This document shows, piece after piece, positions 21,296 through 34,430 of a stretch of DNA of 42,107 nucleotides. The notes beneath the pieces are model-generated. The model did no database searches. It was not told where the DNA came from and was given only the letters and a program-made list of their open reading frames with translations. The stretch comes from Octopus bimaculoides (taxonomy: Eukaryota). Numbering within the stretch: position 1 is the stretch's first letter; each line of letters opens with the position of its first letter. The DNA is taken from assembly GCF_001194135.2 (NCBI RefSeq), contig NC_068989.1:36270696-36312802 (forward strand). The letters run 5' to 3'. Position numbers and translations under genes: made by a program.

Positions 21296-21629
21296 TTTTT
21301 AGGTTATTTTCGGGCAATATTTGGATTTGCTTCTAATCTTCGTTACCAATTTTAATGCTTTTGGTGTCAAAAAATGAAGCAGTGTATAAGGAATGTTATG
21401 AGTGCATTTGTGATGCACAAAACCCTTTTTGTCTACGGAAAAGGACAAAAGAAACATGCTTTTTTGCGCAATTATAGGCACATTTTCCGTCAATAATGGC
21501 CTTTGTGCCACAACTAAATTGCCAATGTGAACATCTCCAGTATTCCAGGATTAAATAGTCTTTGAAGTATTGTGATACCATTTCTTTGCATAAATCCCTA
21601 TTTTTCAACAGAAAATCGACTAATGGACC

Positions 21630-23015
21630 GTGTTTCACAGCCATCATTCGACTTGCTATATGGGCGTACTGCAAAATGCAAGCACTTCCTCTCTAACATT
21701 TCAGGCTACAATTTCAGACGACATCTTTTGGCGGGCCTTAAAAAAAAAAAAAAAGCAAAGGAAGGATTTCAGACGACATTCGTAATTTAAGGGCGGGTGT
21801 ACCGCTTGAGTTGCTTCTACCATCAGGCGATGAGGAGGCCAAATTTCTGCAAATTTACTTTATGAAGAACAACCAGCAGCAGTTAAGAAGACGATGTCAG
21901 ATAATTCCGACCCTGCATGAGGACATCGTTTTTGCTCTGCAGACCATGTTTTTGGCCCACAATAATCTGATTCGACAGCTCAAAGCTGCAGTAGAACGGA
22001 CACAAAATTCAAATGAGTTCACGTTAGACATTAGAGCCGACAAGAGACCCGTTGGACAGCACTCAGGTCGAGACAACGCCCCCACCACTGAAAAGGTTTC
22101 CTGTGTCTTAGTTGGCGATCAGTGTAACCACAGGGATATTGTTATCCACCCACGCGACAATAGATTACGAAGAGTATCTGAGACTCATCGTTCATATAAT
22201 GCTCTACAGTACCCAATCATTTTCTGGGAAGAGCAAGATGGCTATCACTTCGGCATACTTCGACTTCACCTACTAACCGGACATAACTATCAAACAAAGT
22301 CTGTGAGTAGCAACGACTTCTACGCCTTCATGATCATGGTTCGTGAACCGGTGAGCCACTTAATCAAATGTCGTAACCTTTTCCAGCAGTTTATGGTAGG
22401 CATGTACGCTAAAGTGAAGAGTGAGCGCCTTCTTTATATGAAAGAAAACAAGGATTCCTATGTGCTGAATCCTTCGTCCACTTGCCGGATACTATTGCGA
22501 GTGACGATGACATTCACAATGTCAGCCAGAGGATTATTCTCCCGGCTTCCTTCACCGGAGGACCAAGATACATGCTTGAAAAAGCCCAAAATGCTATGAT
22601 GTATGTTAGAAACTTCGGCTCTCCAGAAGTTTTCGTTACGTTCGCAAGCAATCCTAAGTGGACTGAAGTTACTGAAAATCTTCTGCAAGGTCAAAAACCC
22701 CATCACCGACACGACTTATTCGCGAGGGTTTTCCGCATTATGTTATTGAAACTTATGGACCTACTTACAAACAATAAGATATTTGGAGAAGTTACCTGTC
22801 GAATGTATACCGTCGAATGGCAGAAAGGCGGCCTGTCACATGCGTACATTTTGATTTGGTTGAAGGAAAAGTTGCACTTGAGCCAAATTGACTCTGTTAT
22901 AAGTGCGGAGATTCGAAATCCGGATGCAGACAAACGATTTTTCGACATCCTCAAATCGCATATGGTTCATGGTCCCTGCAACCCTTATTATCCGAATTCC
23001 CTATGCATGATAAAT
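21630..23015 (+). mobile_element. Helitron Rep (replication-initiator) fragment, pseudogenised
   Basis: KHFLSNISGYN; LLPSGDEEAKFLQIYF; IRADKRPVGQHSGRDNAPT; SETHRSYNALQYPIIFWEEQDGY; LFQQFMVGMYAKVKSERL; frameshift near 22450; IILPASFTGGPRYM; FVTFASNPKW; DLFARVF; YTVEWQKGGLSHAYILIWL (canonical VEWQKRGLPHAHIL); ISAEI; MVHGPC. All are hallmark Helitron Rep motifs in order. Confidence 0.97.
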
Positions 23016-23034
23016 AGCAATATGGGTATTACTC

Positions 23035-23170
23035 GTCTTTACCTGCTGAGTGGACTGGAGCAACGTGAAAAATAAAATGTCTTACTCAATGACACAACGC
23101 GTTGTCGGGAATTGAACTTACGACCTTGCGATCGTCAGCTGAATACCCTAACCACTAAGCGACGCGCCTT
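23035..23170 (-). mobile_element. tRNA-derived SINE fragment at the point where the Helitron is truncated
   Basis: gctgagtggactggagcaacgtgaaa...gggaattgaacttacgaccttgcgatcg...ccctaaccactaagc is the reverse complement of the 19581-19835 family. Confidence 0.85.
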
Positions 23171-23270
23171 AACTAACAACAACAACAGCAGCAACAACAG
23201 TAACAGCAACAGTAGCAGCAACAACAACAACAAAAATAACAGAAATGACGACAACAACAACAACAATCAT
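23171..23270. repeat. (AAC/AGC)n degenerate trinucleotide repeat
   Basis: Directly visible. Confidence 0.9.
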
Positions 23271-23504
23271 GTTTGCAGTACATGAAGTTTCTAGTTTGAT
23301 TGAAGCAATATTTTATAACTGCTCCAGCTGGCCTCTGATTCAAAGTTCCGTTTCTGCCAGACGTTGTTACCCTGGCCTCCCTCCTCCACCTAAATACAAG
23401 TGGAATTTTTCATGTCAGTGGAATTTTAATCGGATTCTAATGAAGAAATGTTTTAATCTGAAACAAATTTTAATACTCTGTGGTGGTAGTGGCGGCGGCG
23501 TACG

Positions 23505-23512
23505 CGGCGGTG

Positions 23513-23569
<57 letters not shown>

Positions 23570-23645
23570 GGTGGCTGCGGCGGAGGTGTGTGTGTGTGTG
23601 CGCGTGCACGCACGCGTGTGTGTGTATGTATGTATGTATGTATGT
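23505..23645. repeat. (GTA)n, (TG)n and (TATG)n microsatellites
   Basis: Directly visible. Confidence 0.95.
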
Positions 23646-23950
23646 GAGAGCACATAGCCTAGTGGTTAGGTTGTTGCACTCACGATCGCGAGATCACCGT
23701 TTCAATTCTAGAGCTGGGTAGTGCGCTGTGTTCTGGAGCAAAACACTTCATCTCACATTTTTCTACGATCACTTCGGCACCTGACCTGTGGTACACCATG
23801 CACCTGTTCAGGCAACACCGACTTGATGGAGGGAGTAAGCTAATGCGCAACACAAACATTTGATCACTATAAGTAAACCATTTGTGCAGGCTGGTCAGCA
23901 AGAAATTGCAGAACCGTCTTTCTTGGACTATGAGGGTCTACCATTACATG
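23643..23950 (+). mobile_element. tRNA-derived SINE
   Basis: gcacatagcctagtggttaggttgttgcactcacgatcgcgagatcaccgtttcaattc...ggagcaaaacacttcatctcac. Confidence 0.8.
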
Positions 23951-23959
23951 CACGCATGC

Positions 23960-24075
23960 ATATGCATGCATGTATGAATGCATGCATGCATTTATGTATG
24001 TATGTATGTATGTATGTATGTGTGTGTATGCATGTATGTATGTATATATGTATGTATGTATGTGTGTATGTATGT
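23960..24075. repeat. (TATG)n microsatellite, left flank of the R4-like fragment
   Basis: Directly visible. Confidence 0.9.
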
Positions 24076-24079
24076 TCTT

Positions 24080-24385
24080 CTCTATCTCTTTAATTTTAGA
24101 ATAAACTTTGATCCGCCACCTACTTGGTACCAACATTTTGGAGGAAAGTATCTTCTTTTAACCTTCATCCTTTAAATCTTAAGAAGGTCTTGCTGGTTTT
24201 TATAATTCCCGATATCGTGATCATTTGTAAAATATGAACTAAGACTTTGCATTCTCTCCCCAAGATCCCAAGTTCAGCCATACTTTGTTCCAGTCGGGTG
24301 GGTATGTATCCTGTTGCTTCAATAATATTAATACGTATGAAGCTGAAAATGTATCTTGGGTACTGGATTTGCAAATTCCTTGTAT
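24080..24385 (-). mobile_element. 5'-truncated R4/Dong-like non-LTR retrotransposon (C-terminus downstream of the RLE domain)
   Basis: RNLQIQYPRYIFSFIRINIIEATGYIPTRLEQSMAELG...ILQMITISGIIKTSKTFLRF* resembles the C-terminus of RLE-type elements (LRNLQxxYPxYKFxFIPIIxGALG...LQxxSxSGTVKICKTFL); flanked on both sides by (TATG)n. Confidence 0.7.
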
Positions 24386-24515
24386 GTATGTATGTATGTA
24401 TGTATGTATGTATGTATGTATGTATGTATGTATGTACGTACGTACGTATGTATGTATGTATGTATGTATGTATGTATGTACGTATGTATGTATGTGTGTG
24501 TATGTGTGTGTGTCT
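24383..24515. repeat. (TATG)n/(TG)n microsatellite, right flank of the R4-like fragment
   Basis: Directly visible. Confidence 0.95.
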
Positions 24516-24889
24516 GTATAAATATTGTTATCGTCATAAAAATTTTATAAACATTTCTAGCGAACATGAAATAATTTGGAGTGGTCGTTTTTTCTTGCCA
24601 AATAAACACACGCACTATATATTCGTTCTTCACTCGTTTATTGTTGTTCTTATTTTATCTTATGTTCATTGTCTGGAAATCTTTCGTCACATGTCTTTGA
24701 CCTCTTCAGCGACTCTTCTCTCCACGTGTTTCCTCCTGTTCTGTTTAGTTCATTATTTGGCAAAAATAAAAATATAAAAATGACCATCCAGAAATATTAC
24801 AATATCTGTTTTAACATATCAGAAATCCGCAAAAACAAATTCATTAATGAAATAATTCTTTTTTAGAATATTATATTATCGAAGCACAC

Positions 24890-25040
24890 ATATAAAGTAA
24901 TGGATGAGACTAGATGGTTGGGAAACAAGCTTCTTATTCACACTACCACACCCGCTCCTATAAAAGAAAAAAAAAAGATGTTTTTGTGCCCCAGCATGAC
25001 CACAGTCTAATGACTGATAAAAGATTAAAAGATAATCATT
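24890..25040 (+). mobile_element. SINE, highly degenerate
   Basis: gtgccccagcatgaccacagtctaatgactgataaaagattaaaagat tail matches the 6352-6720 family. Confidence 0.6.
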
Positions 25041-25768
25041 TAGTGACAGATGTAAAAATGAAACAGAGTTAGCAGAGAATCGAAAACGAATCACAAAATT
25101 TGTACGACGAGAAACTATTCTGCATCACGTCATGACGATATTGAAATGAAATAACGAAATGCGCCATTTAAATAGATGTCTTTATTTTGAACTGCTTGGC
25201 TGAATAACACCAAACACAGTTGCCATAATAAATGAAACCAACGATAATGATATCACTGTTCATTTCTGCTCAAACTAACATCTCTCCACTAAATTCCAGT
25301 TCAGTAAACCATACTTTCACATTAAATGCACCAAGCGTGGTTACTTTAGTGTGTGTGGCTCTTTAAAAGTATTGTCTGTGACCAAGGTTTCGCTTTAACT
25401 ATGGCTCGTCTAATGTATCGAAGACAAATTTATTTAAGCATTGGCTTCAATGTATTTCTTAATCATTTTCACATGACTCTTAACTTTCAGTAATACGATG
25501 TTTATAATTTGTGTTTGTCTATCTGTCTGCTTCTCTTTCAGTCACTATCTCTCTGTCTCCCTCTCTTTTTTTCTCTCTCTCTTTCTCTCTCTCTCATCTC
25601 TCTCCATATACATATATATATTATACGTATATATATGTATGTATGTATATATATATATATATGTGTGTGTGTGTATATATATANNNNNNNNNNNNNNNNN
25701 NNNNNNNNNNNNNNNNNNNNNNNNNNNNNNNNNNNNNNNNNNNNNNNNNNNNNNNNNNNNNNNNNNNN

Positions 25769-25839
<71 letters not shown>

Positions 25840-26691
25840 ATACTTCATTGAGTAAGATGTCTGATAAGTCAGTTATCCAATGTTGACTAGTTACCATTTA
25901 AATAATGGTGTTACCAGCAAGTGTAGCTGCAAGAAACTGTGAATTACATCGTGTAACAAAAGTTGCAAGAAGTGGTTGGCAGTGCAATGATACCTCGCAG
26001 TACCAGTTTAATTCGTTCCATGGCCGAGCTTGTTTTAAGATTTAGTCGTTTTACAAATCAATTTCCGCATTGAAATTAATTAAAATATAATTAATCCGTT
26101 CTACCCCCACTAAAAAAAAAAACATCCCCAAATAGTTTTTTATGGGTTTTGAAACAGAAAAGGTGCAGTTACAAGGAAAATGACAATCATAAAAACATAA
26201 AAGAGAATGCAAAAGGAACATGTAAACTGGTTTTATTAACTTCATTACCTTAAAGATGGGACGATTTGTGCGCGAGGAAGATGATGGAGTGGGGAGGAGC
26301 AGGATTATTGTTTGGAAGGAGAATTTCCTTCCATGAAGACTTCAGGAAGAACAAAGTTCTCGTTGAACGCGTGTGAAATACGGAATGTCAGTTGGGACAG
26401 CAATACTTGCAATCGCCATCAGTGGAGGAAACACGTATCAAGATGTGTTGTAATCATTAAAACTTATTTATTCTGTGACTTGTTTGTTTCTTTTCTTTCT
26501 TCATTAAGGGCGAATTTCGTAACGCAGAATTAATTATAATTAAGCATATTTATACATGAACCTATTTATGAGTTTTACTTCAATTAAGTTGAATTAAGGT
26601 GAACTTTGTTTAGTTCCTATAAGTTTACACCTCCAACAAACACACACATATACATATATATAGATACATATACATGCAAATATGTATATAT

Positions 26692-27268
26692 NNNNNNNNN
26701 NNNNNNNNNNNNNNNNNNNNNNNNNNNNNNNNNNNNNNNNNNNNNNNNNNNNNNNNNNNNNNNNNNNNNNNNNNNNNNNNNNNNNNNNNNNNNNNNNNNN
26801 NNNNNNNNNNNNNNNNNNNNNNNNNNNNNNNNNNNNNNNNNNNNNNNNNNNNNNNNNNNNNNNNNNNNNNNNNNNNNNNNNNNNNNNNNNNNNNNNNNNN
26901 NNNNNNNNNNNNNNNNNNNNNNNNNNNNNNNNNNNNNNNNNNNNNNNNNNNNNNNNNNNNNNNNNNNNNNNNNNNNNNNNNNNNNNNNNNNNNNNNNNNN
27001 NNNNNNNNNNNNNNNNNNNNNNNNNNNNNNNNNNNNNNNNNNNNNNNNNNNNNNNNNNNNNNNNNNNNNNNNNNNNNNNNNNNNNNNNNNNNNNNNNNNN
27101 NNNNNNNNNNNNNNNNNNNNNNNNNNNNNNNNNNNNNNNNNNNNNNNNNNNNNNNNNNNNNNNNNNNNNNNNNNNNNNNNNNNNNNNNNNNNNNNNNNNN
27201 NNNNNNNNNNNNNNNNNNNNNNNNNNNNNNNNNNNNNNNNNNNNNNNNNNNNNNNNNNNNNNNNNNNN
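26692..27268. other. Assembly gap (one of about 13 N runs; others at ~1632, 5704, 13262, 21095, 25684, 28862, 33086, 37570, 38282, 40561)
   Basis: Runs of n, mostly abutting (TA)n or (TG)n microsatellites. Confidence 0.98.
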
Positions 27269-27325
<57 letters not shown>

Positions 27326-27464
27326 TTTAAATTCGTTTAGGTAACGTTAGGTTATGCAAATAAAGCTCCTATTTCATAATGCCGGCTACCGTTTAATGTT
27401 ACTGACATATGAGTCAGATTTTCTTGGTTGCATCATGGTTATACCAATATAATGTGAGATAAAT

Positions 27465-27843
27465 ATAATAATAACAATAATACCAGGATGGAATTTATAA
27501 ATAGTTAATACATCGCTACGTACGTTTCCACAGATCAGATGATTTTGACATGAGAGTCGGTATCCTTGAGATTAGTAAAATATAGTCCGTATGAGTATTA
27601 TCATTGATCCAGTTCATCAGGCGATTCTGTATAATTGGATGAATCACAGAGAAAACATTCCTGCATGATTCATCCAATTATACAGTATCGCCTGATGAAA
27701 TGAATCAATGATGATATCCACGGATAATACGGACTATACTATACTAATCCCAATGATACCGACTCTGATCTGTAGAAACGTACGTAGCGATGTATTAGAT
27801 ATTTATAAATTCTAGCTTAGTATTATTGTTATTATTATTATTA
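27465..27843. repeat. Long imperfect inverted repeat (foldback), ~180-bp arms and 19-nt loop
   Basis: 27491-27646 aligns with the reverse complement of 27666-27812 (inner 34 nt have one mismatch; taatacatcgctacgtacgtttc is exact); two internal indels; AAT-repeat outer arms extend to about 27465 and 27843. Confidence 0.92.
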
Positions 27844-27910
27844 GATATATCCAAACAAGCAGCCTGGGACCACACACCCTAACACACTGATATGATATAT
27901 GTCTATATAC

Positions 27911-28667
<757 letters not shown>

Positions 28668-29093
28668 CTAATCCTGGCAGAAATTTTTCCCGTCTGAGAA
28701 TGATCAAAACCTGTTCGGTTAGAGGGGGAAATTGGGGGAAGGGAATAAGATAGGGGCCCAAAAATTTCAAAATTCCGATTTTTGGCAATTTTCCGGAATC
28801 TCCGTATCCGAAAACGTGGGCTTTTGACAAAAGAAATTTTAAAAACACAATAATTTGCGAGNNNNNNNNNNGCTTTTGACAAAAGAAATTTTAAAAACAC
28901 AATAATTTGCGAGAAAATGGCGGAGGGGGGGGGGAAGTCTTTCCGAGAAATCTTGGATATCCGGGGTATGTTAAGGAAAATATAATGTATAATTTAGCAA
29001 GAAGCTAGGTTGCTAAACTTAAGATACACGAAGACAAAATAGTGCTTTCAAATTTTGGCTTGGGAAATATAGTTATTATACAAAAACTAACTA

Positions 29094-29345
29094 ACGCAGC
29101 GAGCTGGTAGAACCGTCAGCATGCCGGGCAAAATTCTTAGTAGCATTTCGTTCGTCTTTACGTTCTGACTTCGAATGTTGCTGAGGTCGACTTTGCCTTT
29201 CATCCTTTCGGGTTCGATAAAATATATACCAGTCGACTTAACCCCTCTTCCACCAAGTCAAGTACTGATGTCTATGTGATTCCCTTGCCCCTTCCCCTCA
29301 AACTTGGTGGGCTTGTGCCAAAATTAGATAGACTTGAAATAATAG
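29094..29345 (+). mobile_element. SINE, near full length with rearranged 3' part
   Basis: gcagcgagctggtagaaccgtcagcatgccgggcaaaa...gaggtcgactttgcctttcatcctttcgggttcgataaaa...gggcttgtgccaaaattaga. Confidence 0.88.
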
Positions 29346-29815
29346 AAATTTGATGAAGTATCGATATCGCTACACATGGTATAAACAGAAGAAAATTATG
29401 AGAAATCCAACTCTGTGTGCGTGTGTGTCTGCATGCGTGAGTGTAAATATATATGTATATACACACACATATGCATATGACTATATATACATATATTCAT
29501 ATATTGATATATATACATATATGTATATATGCATGAATATATCACTACTATGTGAACAGCTAATACGGAAATAGAATACGTGTGGTGTTTTAGATAAGTC
29601 GCAATAGATAGGGGAGGAATGAATAGAATAAATATTAGCAGTGGTTTCTACAGACTCACAGATTCAGAGAAGAATCAGTTTAAAAAAATAATGGTATTAA
29701 GGCGTATCTTGCAGTATTTAAGAGCAGACGACAATTACGCGTGTGTTTGCCAGCGTTTGATGATAAGATGGTGGTGGAAGAAGTTGCTGAGGTTAATGTC
29801 AACGCCGACAACATG

Positions 29816-29854
<39 letters not shown>

Positions 29855-30948
29855 CAGTGAATTAGAAGAAAATTAATGATATTAAATAGCATAGAAGAGA
29901 AAGGGAGAAGATGAAATAATGAGAGTCAGTGTAACTAAAACAAATATAAGGTTACCAGATTTCTTTCATAGAAAGCAAAATTCGTTCTGTTGCTTGCATT
30001 TGTAAACAAGAAAATCTATTAATTTATCCAATGAGAAAGCAACAGAAAGGCTATTTGAGGCATGTATGAGATAACGATATATACGTCGTTTGTTGGTTGG
30101 TGTTCGTAAGGTGAAAGCTCGGATTTAGCCATTGATTACAAGAAGTAATACGAGAGAAAGAAAGAATTTTGTTCTCAAATGAGAGAACCATTTTTTTTAA
30201 TTCCTTCTCATATATAAATATTTACTGGGTACTATATATGCTATCGTCAGCTTGCCTAACGAAGCCACTTGTTAAAACAGTTGTCGTATGAGGTACATAA
30301 AGGATAAATATATCAATTAATAAGGCTGGAGATATTTATTCTTTTTGCCCCATAAGAATGATAGTTAGTCCTATTTCTTCGTTGGTAGTTCACAATATTA
30401 GGTATGCTGCATATGAAGATAATGACCTCACAAATATTTGAGTTTTAAAATATTTTAACCTTCATTGTTTAGATTTACTTGTGTACATATAAAAAAGTAA
30501 ACGAAATAACGTTCATAAAACAACAAAAATAATAGCCAGGTGTCTTCTGCAATAATATTATGAAAATAGTTTATAGTTATTGTAGACGAAATAAGTGGAA
30601 GGAATTCAAATCGCTGCAAATGACCAGTGTGTGTGTGTGTGTGTGTGTGATTCGATATTACAGTTCAAGGTTGGTACTATTAATCGAATACGACATTAGT
30701 ATGTTAAAGAAGAAAAGTTAAAGAGGTGGGAGAACAACTCGCTAAGTCAAGTGTCATACATTTCTTGAGACAGCTCAGTAGCTGTGACCTGAGGTTAAAA
30801 TTGCCAGCTTTTTAAAACTGTAAGCTACCTTTCTTGAGTCATCGGTAAAATTGTTTGACGGGAAAACTCGCTCACTTTCTTTAAAATTTGCCGCGTCAAC
30901 CACATTGAGTCAACGAATACTGATTGATTGAGCCATATTCATGTAGGC

Positions 30949-31194
30949 CAGTGTTTCTCAACCATTCGACCCTTTGATTCCTGTTTTACTCTACTAGACC
31001 TCCATAGCTATTCGATACTTACATAAAAAATAATTCTACTGTATTTTTAGAATTAAATGTCTGTTAGAACTGTATGGAAAAGTTGTTAAAATATTTTGTA
31101 TATTGCTGAAGTATAACCAATTTATCGCACATAAATTTAACGAAATCTTATCTGGACCCCCAAGAGACATGTGGACCCCCGTTGAGAACCACAG
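30949..31194 (-). mobile_element. hAT/Charlie-type MITE, copy 2
   Basis: TIRs cagtgtttctcaacc / gttgagaaccacag; perfect 8-bp TSD atgtaggc (30941-30948 and 31195-31202); interior is the reverse complement of copy 1. Confidence 0.93.
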
Positions 31195-31629
31195 ATGTAG
31201 GCGTTAATGCTTTTAATGGCGGCACATTTCTTTTTATAAGAATACATTAGATCGTAGTTCTAAAGTGGGAATATTTGAAAGCTATATAGTTCAAAGCTCT
31301 GAAGAGGTCTCGTTACACAGGTATAAAGAAAATGGAAATCAAATCAGGTAATTATTATTACTAAAAAAGGAATATGTCGGCCAACACTTTAGTCTTTCTA
31401 TAATTTTGGATACATTTGACTCATAATTTTGCAGCTAGAAAATCCATCGCAAAACATCATCAATAAAAAACATCCATCTTTTTCTCAGAAGAATCCACAA
31501 CTTACCATTTTTAATCTAAACCCATGAAATATCCATTCCATCAAACGAATCGTCCCTGGTTCAAGGATTAAATGTTGCCATTATCAAAGTTGTTGATCAG
31601 TCAATCAAGATCTCATTCAAACGTTTTAT

Positions 31630-32104
31630 GATCCAAAAACTATTGTCAAAGAGATGGAAATGTTTGAAATTACTGGACATAGAACTTTTAAGCTTACAGA
31701 AACTGTTCTTTGCCCTCAATACATTTCTCCAACCTCTATCGAAGCACAGGTATCCTTTGCTACTGTAGAACTCTTTGTAACAAAACCTCGATCAATTTGG
31801 GTGATAACACCATCAACAATATATGAGACAATAACTATCAATCTGGTTTAAATATTATTTTGCTATCCAGAAAAAGTTTCATTTCTTTTTTCCTTTTTAT
31901 TTTTTCGTAAATTGGTACAGTTTTCTATGGAATACATTTTTTAATGGAATAGTTTTTTTAACAATTTGTAACTTTTACTTTCTAGCTTCCAAAACTTTAT
32001 AGCATTAAATAAGAGACTTAGAAACGAAAAAATAAAAATTAAGTTTTATTCCCTGGGATCCGAGATTTTTGTTTCATCTTTCCCAGGAATGTTGAGAAAC
32101 CTTA
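31630..32104 (+). mobile_element. hAT transposase C-terminal dimerisation domain relic plus right end
   Basis: KTIVKEMEMFEITGHRT / QKLFFALNT / ISPTSIEAQVSFATVELFVTKPRS / LGDNTIN over several frames matches the hAT motif IPPTSVEAERAFSxxGLFVTKxRSRL; right end tcccaggaat...aaacctta with ccc(a/t)gg subterminal motifs resembles TAGGG-type hAT TIRs. Confidence 0.85.
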
Positions 32105-32959
32105 GTAAAGATAGTAACTTATTAAGGCAGTAATAATGAGATCATTTAAAATTAACTGGAGTAAATTACAATCAAGAAATATGCTGATTATAAATAAAAA
32201 TATTAAATCATTATTTCATGGTTTTCAATGTGTGTGTGCTGATATATACCCAATATATTTCGAATATACATACCATACCCTGAGAACCTTGAGTTATTAA
32301 TGTATACAGAATGATACGATTACATCACTAACCTAGAATCTAGTACTAGTAGAACAGAGACTTATGTTAATGCCGCCACCCTAGAACATTACAGAGATAC
32401 TATCAAACGAGATCTAACAACAAGCAGCGAATAAGATAAACAGACACTTTATTATTACACACATATTGAGGAGCTCGCTTTAACGAAATATTGAAGGCGA
32501 TTTGAGAGTAAGGGATTGCTAAGGGAGCATGTGTTTACGATAACCATTTATGTATATATATTGGTATACAGTAGTTGAAACTTTAGAAGGAAAGTGTGCT
32601 TTGAAGTCTTGTTGCATTTGCCCCCAGGTGAACCCACAGACAGTCTGGGAGGAAATGGTACTTGTAATTGGTCTCAGAGTTTTAGATTAAGTTGAAACTT
32701 AGCCAAACAACTGTTCATGTATGTATACAAACATGTACGTGTGTGTGTGTGTATATATATATATGCATATGTTTGTATACAAATATACGCTTACATGTGA
32801 GTGGAGTGCTTGCATGTATGTGCGTATCTACATACACGCGCGCACACACACATACACATATATATATATATATATATCAGAATGCATGTATGGATTGATA
32901 GATGAATGGATGTTTTTAATATAATGTGCATACGTACATTACAGTAAGTTGTATGTCCG

Positions 32960-32977
32960 TGCACTTACGTCTGAATA

Positions 32978-33025
<48 letters not shown>

Positions 33026-33212
33026 CATATGCGTATAGATAAACAGATAAATAGACAGACAGACGGACGGACGGGCGGACGGACANNNNNNNNNNNNNNN
33101 NNNNNNNNNNNNNNNNNNNNNNNNNNNNNNNNNNNNNNNNNNNNNNNNNNNNNNNNNNNNNNNNNNNNNNNNNNNNNNNNNNNNNNNNNNNNNNNNNNNN
33201 NNNNNNNNNNNN

Positions 33213-33305
<93 letters not shown>
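32960..33305. repeat. (CA)n, (GACG/GACA)n and (GATA)n microsatellites around a gap
   Basis: Directly visible. Confidence 0.9.
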
Positions 33306-34354
33306 CCTGACAGATATATGGTAGAGTAGGTAAGAAGGTTGTTAGATATTAGCAAAAGACAATTTTTTTCGGTGGTATGACATTATAAAATTGCTAGGTG
33401 GTGGTTTACAAGAAAACTTAATCTCTTGCCCACTCAAACACCACCACGTGTCCCATGGGAGCCTTTACAGGACACTCTGTTACACCTCAAAGTATCCGAA
33501 AAACAGCATGGGACACTGCTTTCCCCTTCGCTTTATTAAACAATAAAAAAGGGATAATGTATCTTGTTATGTATCTCTTCCTTTAAAAATATATCATATT
33601 GCAGAAATCTTTAATCTGTTTCAACCATAACAGACGTAAGATTCTATTGTAGAGTTAGGAAAAAGTGAAGTAAAATGTATCGTGCTGCAGCAATGATGGC
33701 AAAGATATGGCACACTCAACGGGTTTCTATTTGATTTGTGATGAACTTTGGAAAAAAAATTCCCCTGAAACATCCAGTATATGAAACAAATAACGATAAA
33801 TTCCTGTAGTGTAAAAAATCTGTCGTTCTGTGGGAAGAGGATGGTTCTATGCGCTGTGGGAAGGAGATGGTAATAATGTGTGCGCTGTACAGAGAAACAG
33901 GGACAGAGACAGAGACAGAGAGAGAGTAAAAGAGAGAGCTATTCTACCTCAACATCAGAGCTGGGTATTTTTCGTTGATTTTTGCTGTGTTGTTGCTGTT
34001 ATTAGAAGCCTGACTGTTACTGGATTATTGTAGGTTATAGGGAACTGTAATAGTACTATATGTCGTCGAGGTTTCAAATTGTTGCTGTTGTATAAACTTA
34101 GATCAAACCTGCTCGAGTAGTTCTATAGCTAAACACATTCGCGGTGCTCTATCTTTCGTTCGACTACACTGTATACACCTATGACAGTATCTAATATATA
34201 TTTTTGTTTATTTTTTTCAGGTGTGATTTGAGGGTTTCTTTATTGCTATTTTCAGAGGATCGAGCAACGACTCGTGGATACCCAACTTGTCGATGTTTTG
34301 AGTTAAGTTCTAGACATGTGGTTATATCAACAGTCAGACAGACAGGTTGAAAGA

Positions 34355-34360
34355 TACAAG

Positions 34361-34430
<70 letters not shown>

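Noticed and set aside
23245-23721. 158-aa plus ORF
   Set aside because: Built from AAC, GTA, TG and TATG repeats plus a SINE head.
25890-26035. Cys-spaced short frames (TSKCSCKKL*ITSCNKSCKK; MVLPASVAARNC...)
   Set aside because: Only vague similarity to CXC-type transposon tails, interrupted by stops, with no supporting context.
28820-28913. Identical 42-bp direct repeat on both sides of a 10-N gap
   Set aside because: Exact duplication across a minimal gap is the signature of unmerged overlapping contig ends.
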